DNA of 64,000 nucleotides from an uncultured Thermoplasmata archaeon (GTDB taxonomy: Archaea > Thermoplasmatota > Thermoplasmata > UBA10834), in contig CAVRDX010000003.1 of assembly GCA_963719945.1 (NCBI GenBank), positions 256,001 through 320,000 of the forward strand. The letters run 5' to 3'. Under the pieces are notes generated by a model that ran no database searches, was not told the DNA's origin, and worked only from the letters and a program-made list of their open reading frames with translations. A program made the translations under genes and the position numbers. Positions 58,674-64,000 of this stretch are shown here, in pieces; position 1 is the stretch's first letter; the number at the start of each line of letters is the position of its first letter.

Positions 58674-59834
58674 GTGCACTCTGAAGTGTTGATCATCGGT
58701 GCAGGCCCTACGGGTTCCACCGCAGCGGGATGCCTTGCGGGCCATCATGATGTGATGATATTCGAAGAGCACGCCACACCAGGCCAGCCTGTCCAATGCG
58801 CTGGATTGATCACTCCCAGAGCGATGCCAGATTTCGCGAAGGCGTCTGTGATCAACAAGGTCCGGGGCGCCAAGATACATTCTCCTTTGGGGTTCACGCT
58901 CACCCTGGAGGCAAGGGACACAAAGGCGTTGGTCGTGGACAGGGCAAGGTTCGACGAGTGCCTCTTCCATAATTCCATCGATCTTGGCGCGGAACCACTG
59001 ACTGGCGCGAAGGTCCGGGCGGTCAAGGCGATGGATGGGCGCGTCCGCATCGAAGCCCTTGTCGAGAATGATCGGCAGGAATTCGAGGGGAAGCTCCTGA
59101 TCGGCTGTGACGGATACAGGTCCGTTGCGAGGTCTGCTGCCGGGCTTCCCGGGCCGAGGCACATGCTTTCAGGATTCCAAGTGGACCTCATCGGGGTGGA
59201 GCATGACCCTGATTTCGTCAACCTCTACCTAGGGAACAAGGTCGCACCGGGATTCTTCGCGTGGTCAATCCCTGCAGGGGACCGCGTAAGGGTAGGACTC
59301 TGTGTCTGGAAGAGTGATGATTCTCCCTCCGCCTATCTGAAGAAATTGCTATCAAGACCGGAATTCAAAGGGGGTAAGAAGGTATCGTCATCGGCGGGGA
59401 AGATACCTGTGGGGACAACCAAGACTGCTATGTCCGGGAACATATTATTGGCCGGGGATGCAGCATGCCATGCGAAGCCTCTATCCGGAGGCGGAGTCTT
59501 CACTGGAATCCGTGGCGCGCAGCTGGCGTCGGAATGCGCCAGCAGATACCTCGACACGATGGACGCGGGCGAGTTGTGGAAGTACGACCGCATGTGGAAG
59601 GATGATTTCGGGAAAGAACTTGCGAGGGCATTCCGGATCAGGAAGATCTTCGTATCTCTTACTGACAAGAAGATGGACCGCGCGCTCAGGATGTTCGACG
59701 ATCCGGAGATACTGTCTCTGATTAGGGACCGAGGGGACATCGACTATCCTGCGTCACTTACGCCCTATGTGCTTAAGCTTGCTCCCAAGCTCGCGCATTT
59801 TTCCCCTCAGCTTATAGAATCTCTTCTCAAGTGA
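58674..59834 (+). CDS. Geranylgeranyl reductase family FAD oxidoreductase
   Basis: IGAGPTG, QCAG, DRARFD, PGFFAWSIP, GDAA..KP.SGGG. Confidence 0.9.
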   Translation: MHSEVLIIGAGPTGSTAAGCLAGHHDVMIFEEHATPGQPVQCAGLITPRAMPDFAKASVINKVRGAKIHSPLGFTLTLEARDTKALVVDRARFDECLFHNSIDLGAEPLTGAKVRAVKAMDGRVRIEALVENDRQEFEGKLLIGCDGYRSVARSAAGLPGPRHMLSGFQVDLIGVEHDPDFVNLYLGNKVAPGFFAWSIPAGDRVRVGLCVWKSDDSPSAYLKKLLSRPEFKGGKKVSSSAGKIPVGTTKTAMSGNILLAGDAACHAKPLSGGGVFTGIRGAQLASECASRYLDTMDAGELWKYDRMWKDDFGKELARAFRIRKIFVSLTDKKMDRALRMFDDPEILSLIRDRGDIDYPASLTPYVLKLAPKLAHFSPQLIESLLK

Positions 59835-60566
59835 CGGGTATTTGCCTGGGTTATCTAACACGAAATAGTATAGCGCCCCGAATCCGAGGACGCACGAAGC
59901 ACCTATCAGCAAGACCAATGGCCATCTAGGGATAGGGATCTTGATTCCGAAGGAAGAGTCAGGTATGAGTCCATCGATTCCCAGCGACTCCATGTAAGTC
60001 ATGTTGACTATGCTTTCGCCGGGATCGAATGAGACGAGGTTGTCCCATTCCTCCTGCGAGAAGTAGCCTCTGGATTGAAGGATCACTGGGGTCGAGTTAC
60101 CCTCAAAGAGGAATGATAGTTTCAGCCTGATGAAATATGTCGCCTGAGAGAAATATGAGCCATGAGGCGTGTTCTTTCCCACTGCTATATCGAGTTCTAT
60201 CCTCTCGGTCTCGCCAATGCCCAATTCATCGATGATGACAGATGTTTCTATGTCCCCGTTCTCGAAGCAAGGAGGCGATTCGAAGTCCTCGTCGACGTCG
60301 ACGACCTCCTCCTGGGTAGCATATCGGTAGATTCCGATGGTCAAATTGACCTGAGTCATGACTGCCACGACGTCATCGTAAGGATTTGTCAGATTGAATG
60401 AGAAGACAAACGTGTCTCCGGGAGCCACGGTCGGTGTGGAGAAACCCGAGAAGATGTTATTGGCATACTGCGGGCTACCTGGCCGGTCTATGTCCGCGGT
60501 TGTCATGCTGGGCAGGGCGATGATGAGTACCATGATGATGGATAACGCCCCGCAGATTACTCTCAT
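59754..60566 (-). CDS. Exported/membrane-anchored hypothetical protein
   Basis: N-terminal signal-like segment, C-terminal TM and basic tail; 3' end overlaps the GGR gene by 81 bp. Confidence 0.65.
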   Translation of the reverse strand: MRVICGALSIIMVLIIALPSMTTADIDRPGSPQYANNIFSGFSTPTVAPGDTFVFSFNLTNPYDDVVAVMTQVNLTIGIYRYATQEEVVDVDEDFESPPCFENGDIETSVIIDELGIGETERIELDIAVGKNTPHGSYFSQATYFIRLKLSFLFEGNSTPVILQSRGYFSQEEWDNLVSFDPGESIVNMTYMESLGIDGLIPDSSFGIKIPIPRWPLVLLIGASCVLGFGALYYFVLDNPGKYPSLEKRFYKLRGKMRELGSKLKHIGRK

Positions 60567-60662
60567 TTCAAGTTGGGAAGTCCGAATCCGACTATATCGT
60601 TTTCGGTCTTCCCATGGACCAGGGAAAGAGTAATTACCTGCTCCAATATTGACTCAGACGTG

Positions 60663-61688
60663 ATGGGCGTAAGAGTACCCAAGGGATCGGCAGAGGCTCT
60701 TCGACTAAAACTGACGCGCTCCGGCCTCGTGGACAAGCGTTCGCTCATAATCGAGAAGGACGATTTCGTGGTCATTCCCGTGCTGGCGGAGCCAGATGAA
60801 GAACTGCTTGCTCGCCATTGCGCACAGATGACTACGTCGGATTTTCCACCGGGGAAGAGTAGGGTGGATCCAATCGAGACGATACGCAAGGAAGCCAAAG
60901 TCCCAGATGCACTCAGGGACCTGTTGCCAGATAAATGGGAGCAGTTTGGAGATATCGCCGTTATTCGGCTCCCGAAAGCCCTGGATGATCACGAATCATC
61001 GGTCGGTGACATATATGCGCGGGTCCTGGGCGTCAAGGCGGTGCTCAGAGACACTGGTGGGGTGACTGGCATGTTCCGGATGCCTGTCGTGAAGACGATC
61101 CACGGATCGGATACGGTCACCATTCACAAGGAGAACGGTATACTCTACAAATTCGATGCTGCCAGGTTGATGTTCTCATCAGGCAACGTCGAAGAGCGGC
61201 TGAGGATGTCTGAGGTCTTGTGCGACGGCGAGACGATCGTGGACATGTTCGCAGGGATAGGATATTTCTCGCTGCCTTTGGCAGTCAATCAGCGGCCGAA
61301 GAAGATAATATCGTGCGAGTTGAACGAGATATCCCATTCTTATCTCCTGGAGAACATACGTTTGAACGATGTCGAGGGGATCATCGAGCCGATCCTCGGG
61401 GATAATAGAGAACTTCCTGGAGACGCCTTCGCAGACCGTGTGATCATGGGCTATGTCAAAACCACTCACGAATTCCTTCCCACTGCGATGCGACTCGTCA
61501 AAGATGGTGGCATGATACATTACCACGAAACATGTCCGAACGAGCTTCTACCTGACAGACCTGTCCAGCGGCTGAGAAGTGCTGCCCGGAACCATAGGGT
61601 CGAGGTCCTCAGGTTCAAGGAAATAAAATCGTATTCTCCAGGCGTCAGTCATGTGGTAATCGATGCTCGGGTGGTCAAATCCTCTTGA
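60663..61688 (+). CDS. Trm5/Taw2 (Met-10+) family tRNA-modifying SAM-dependent enzyme
   Basis: HKENG, MFSSGN..ER, DMFAGIGYF, GDNR, DRVIMG, HYHE, KSYSPG..H. Confidence 0.88.
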   Translation: MGVRVPKGSAEALRLKLTRSGLVDKRSLIIEKDDFVVIPVLAEPDEELLARHCAQMTTSDFPPGKSRVDPIETIRKEAKVPDALRDLLPDKWEQFGDIAVIRLPKALDDHESSVGDIYARVLGVKAVLRDTGGVTGMFRMPVVKTIHGSDTVTIHKENGILYKFDAARLMFSSGNVEERLRMSEVLCDGETIVDMFAGIGYFSLPLAVNQRPKKIISCELNEISHSYLLENIRLNDVEGIIEPILGDNRELPGDAFADRVIMGYVKTTHEFLPTAMRLVKDGGMIHYHETCPNELLPDRPVQRLRSAARNHRVEVLRFKEIKSYSPGVSHVVIDARVVKSS

Positions 61689-63246
61689 GCTCTTCCGTGC
61701 TTCCAGCTTCCTTCACGAATCTGGCGAATGCCTCATGATGTTCTTGGATGCCGTCGCTTCTCAAGAGTTTGTCTGCGAATCCGGATAGATGCTTGCCGAA
61801 CTCAAGCTCCTCGTTTGTGAACTTCCATGATTTGGTCGATATGCCCATCGCAAGGTAGAATGCGTGTGCGATTGAGCGCATGCGATGATCGTTAGAGGTG
61901 TCTGAGTCGAGGACCGCGTTCGCACCCGCGCCTCCCTTTGTCTTGTACGCTCTTGTGACATCATCCGTGAATTTCGCGTATTGTGACAGCTTTTCATATG
62001 ATGGTATCTGGGAATTGACCTCATCATGCTCGGCCTTCTTGATGGCCTGCCTGATGAGCTTCATCGGGGACGCCACCGTCTCATCGTCGTCCTTGTATAG
62101 CTTGTTCGCGATCTTATCTGGCACAACTGCCTTGAGTGCATTCAGACCGTGCTCTGACCAATATCTTGAAAGGAGGCTGTTGACGGTAGTGCCTGGAGCG
62201 ACGATCACTGGATGGGCGATATCCTTCATCAAACCCTTGAGCGAATCCGCCTCGACGTCATCATCAGTCATCTCAGCAACAAATAGATCAACATCCTGCC
62301 CGAAGCATTTGGACCCGATGATGTACATCCTCTCGCTTCTCTTCTCGATGATATCACGGACATTGTCCATATGACTCTCCAGGAACTCCTTGTCACCTAT
62401 CTGCCCCGATGAGTATTTGTCGAGCAGGTCATTGTCGATCCCTTCGAACAACACGTCCTCGAGCCCTTCGTTTCCAGACAGTACCTTGACAGGCCGCCTT
62501 ATCGTTATATCGAATTCGTGGAGTATGTTCGGTACGGCCATGCCCTCGGAGAGCACTTTCAGAGTGTTCTTGTTCTTCGCACCGCATTGAGCGCAGACCA
62601 AGACCTTTGACTTCGAGTTAATGAACCCGAACTCGATCCGATCGGTCTCGCTTGAGATGTGTGGACATAGATACGATTCAGCTTCCTGCTTGGTAGCACC
62701 GACAGCTCGTGCTGCGCCTTCTATGTACTCCTCTGGTGGGTTCGAATCCTTGCCTGTGCATATGAATTCATCATCGTAAGAGTAGAAATGCAGCCCCTTC
62801 TTCTTCACGAGGTTGACCACTGAGAGGACACGCCACTTCGGCGAATCGTAGTTCTGCACCCCTATCAGCATCTCCTTGCTGGTGCGGCCTCTCAGGGCGA
62901 ACATCACTGTTCCGGCGGGATACTTGGCGGATGCTAGGTACGGGGCCTTCTCCTCGTGGACAAGACCGATGGTCGCCGCACAGGCACGCGCCAGTCTATC
63001 GCCTTTCTTGGCCAATTTCGCTAGCTTGACGGGGTCGTCTTTGAACTTTGCGACTCGCTCGAGGTGAACCCTGGTCTTCTTGAACTGGCAGGAACCACAT
63101 GGATGCGCGCATTCTGGCAGGATGACTTTCGGGTCATCCATGATGACCCTGGCCTTATCTATCAGATCCTTCTCTCTGACCTTGGAGGCTATTCGGGCGT
63201 TCACCCTCATGCGCATGTTCTTGTTTCGCTTCATTTGAGTGGACAT
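61675..63246 (-). CDS. Conserved hypothetical protein with Cys motifs
   Basis: 523-aa ORF; ILPEC..C..C, CPH, C..C. Confidence 0.7.
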   Translation of the reverse strand: MSTQMKRNKNMRMRVNARIASKVREKDLIDKARVIMDDPKVILPECAHPCGSCQFKKTRVHLERVAKFKDDPVKLAKLAKKGDRLARACAATIGLVHEEKAPYLASAKYPAGTVMFALRGRTSKEMLIGVQNYDSPKWRVLSVVNLVKKKGLHFYSYDDEFICTGKDSNPPEEYIEGAARAVGATKQEAESYLCPHISSETDRIEFGFINSKSKVLVCAQCGAKNKNTLKVLSEGMAVPNILHEFDITIRRPVKVLSGNEGLEDVLFEGIDNDLLDKYSSGQIGDKEFLESHMDNVRDIIEKRSERMYIIGSKCFGQDVDLFVAEMTDDDVEADSLKGLMKDIAHPVIVAPGTTVNSLLSRYWSEHGLNALKAVVPDKIANKLYKDDDETVASPMKLIRQAIKKAEHDEVNSQIPSYEKLSQYAKFTDDVTRAYKTKGGAGANAVLDSDTSNDHRMRSIAHAFYLAMGISTKSWKFTNEELEFGKHLSGFADKLLRSDGIQEHHEAFARFVKEAGSTEELKRI

Positions 63247-63365
63247 GATAACTACCTCTGGTACAAGGTTTTTGCCCTCGAATCCTTCTCACCAGCCAGT
63301 CGTCAAGAAAAGATTATTAGTTCACCCACCCCATAAGGACATCAGCCGGGATGTGGATGAACTAG

Positions 63366-64000
63366 ATGTCTCAAGAAGAGGATTATGCCCGAGGATTCCT
63401 CAAAGGGTTCGAGGAAGGCCTACGGGATGCATGGGAAGAGATCATCAAGCTCTCTACCAAAGGATATACATCCAGAGAACTCCAGATCATGGCAAAGACG
63501 AAGAAATCGATGATGTTCCAGAGAGTACAGCTGAAGAAGGATGAACTGGAACGCATCCTTGGCAAGACGTTGGATTTGCCAGATATACCGTCCGAGGCTG
63601 CTAGGAAAGACCGTGTGGAACTGATGCCTGGCTGGAGCTATGTGGTGAAAGAGGAACGACCCGACAAGAGCTTCGCGCTGTTCTCTTCCCTCGTATCCTC
63701 CGGTGCCAGAGGCCTCTGCATATCCAGAGCCCATCCTGACATGCTCAAGCAGAAGTACGGCTTCGATGCGAACGTGATATGGCTCACAAAGACGGAGACC
63801 CCTCAAAAATCGTCCGACCCGAAGGGCGTCGAATTCGTCTCTCCCAACAACCTGGCACACCTGGCATCATCAATACGGGAGTTCCTCTCCAAAGGTGAGA
63901 ACGGTGCCGTCATAATCGAGGGCCTGGAATACCTCAACACCCAGAACGATTTCAAGAGCGTGCTCAAGTTCGTGCAACTGATCAATGAGCAGATCGTATT
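63366..64000 (+). CDS. DUF835-domain protein, truncated by the window end
   Basis: ATG 63366; YARGFLKGFEEG N-terminus; GLCISRAHP, IWLT, IIEGLEYL..QNDF. Confidence 0.85.
   Translation, partial: MSQEEDYARGFLKGFEEGLRDAWEEIIKLSTKGYTSRELQIMAKTKKSMMFQRVQLKKDELERILGKTLDLPDIPSEAARKDRVELMPGWSYVVKEERPDKSFALFSSLVSSGARGLCISRAHPDMLKQKYGFDANVIWLTKTETPQKSSDPKGVEFVSPNNLAHLASSIREFLSKGENGAVIIEGLEYLNTQNDFKSVLKFVQLINEQIV

Noticed and set aside
63367-63376. 10-nt match to the putative flank-derived TnpB guide at the start of the DUF835 gene
   Set aside because: Short enough to occur by chance, the match stops after 10 nt, and the 5' flank differs from the empty-site flank
1-64000. Many overlapping antisense and alternative-frame ORFs; CRISPR arrays
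   Set aside because: The extra ORFs shadow well-supported genes and lack motifs; no regularly spaced repeats were seen

Overview
Core-genome window from an archaeon, most likely Thermoplasmata (Methanomassiliicoccales-related). This is inferred from the gene set: ABCE1, pelota, ArcS, Alba, IPK-Fni-GGPP synthase, RadB, stand-alone Bud32, rpl44e-rps27e-aIF2alpha-Nop10-PAC2, TFS-PCNA, split transketolase plus transaldolase, DUF835 proteins and an unlinked 5S rRNA gene. About 65 CDS, tRNA-Pro(TGG) and an intron-containing tRNA-Tyr(GTA) are present; no CRISPR array was seen. Two features stand out. (1) The 5S rRNA gene (30991-31211) is about 221 nt because a highly structured insert of about 97 nt sits in its 3' half. 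(2) A 1,342-bp mobile element (52280-53621) carries only a tnpB gene, but is bounded by 24-bp terminal inverted repeats (GGTTCTGTCAA...) and a perfect 9-bp target-site duplication, i.e. DDE-transposon ends rather than IS200/IS605 ends; its TnpB has His in place of the RuvC-III Asp and is frameshifted. Other observations: probable CTG/ACG start codons, a giant FG-GAP/PKD surface protein with a longin-like cytoplasmic tail whose 5' part is full of indels, a minimised AOR-like protein, a Cys-rich insert in a membrane DUF835 protein, and unannotated small ORFs or structured intergenic regions. All calls come from motif recognition and manual folding; no searches were run.
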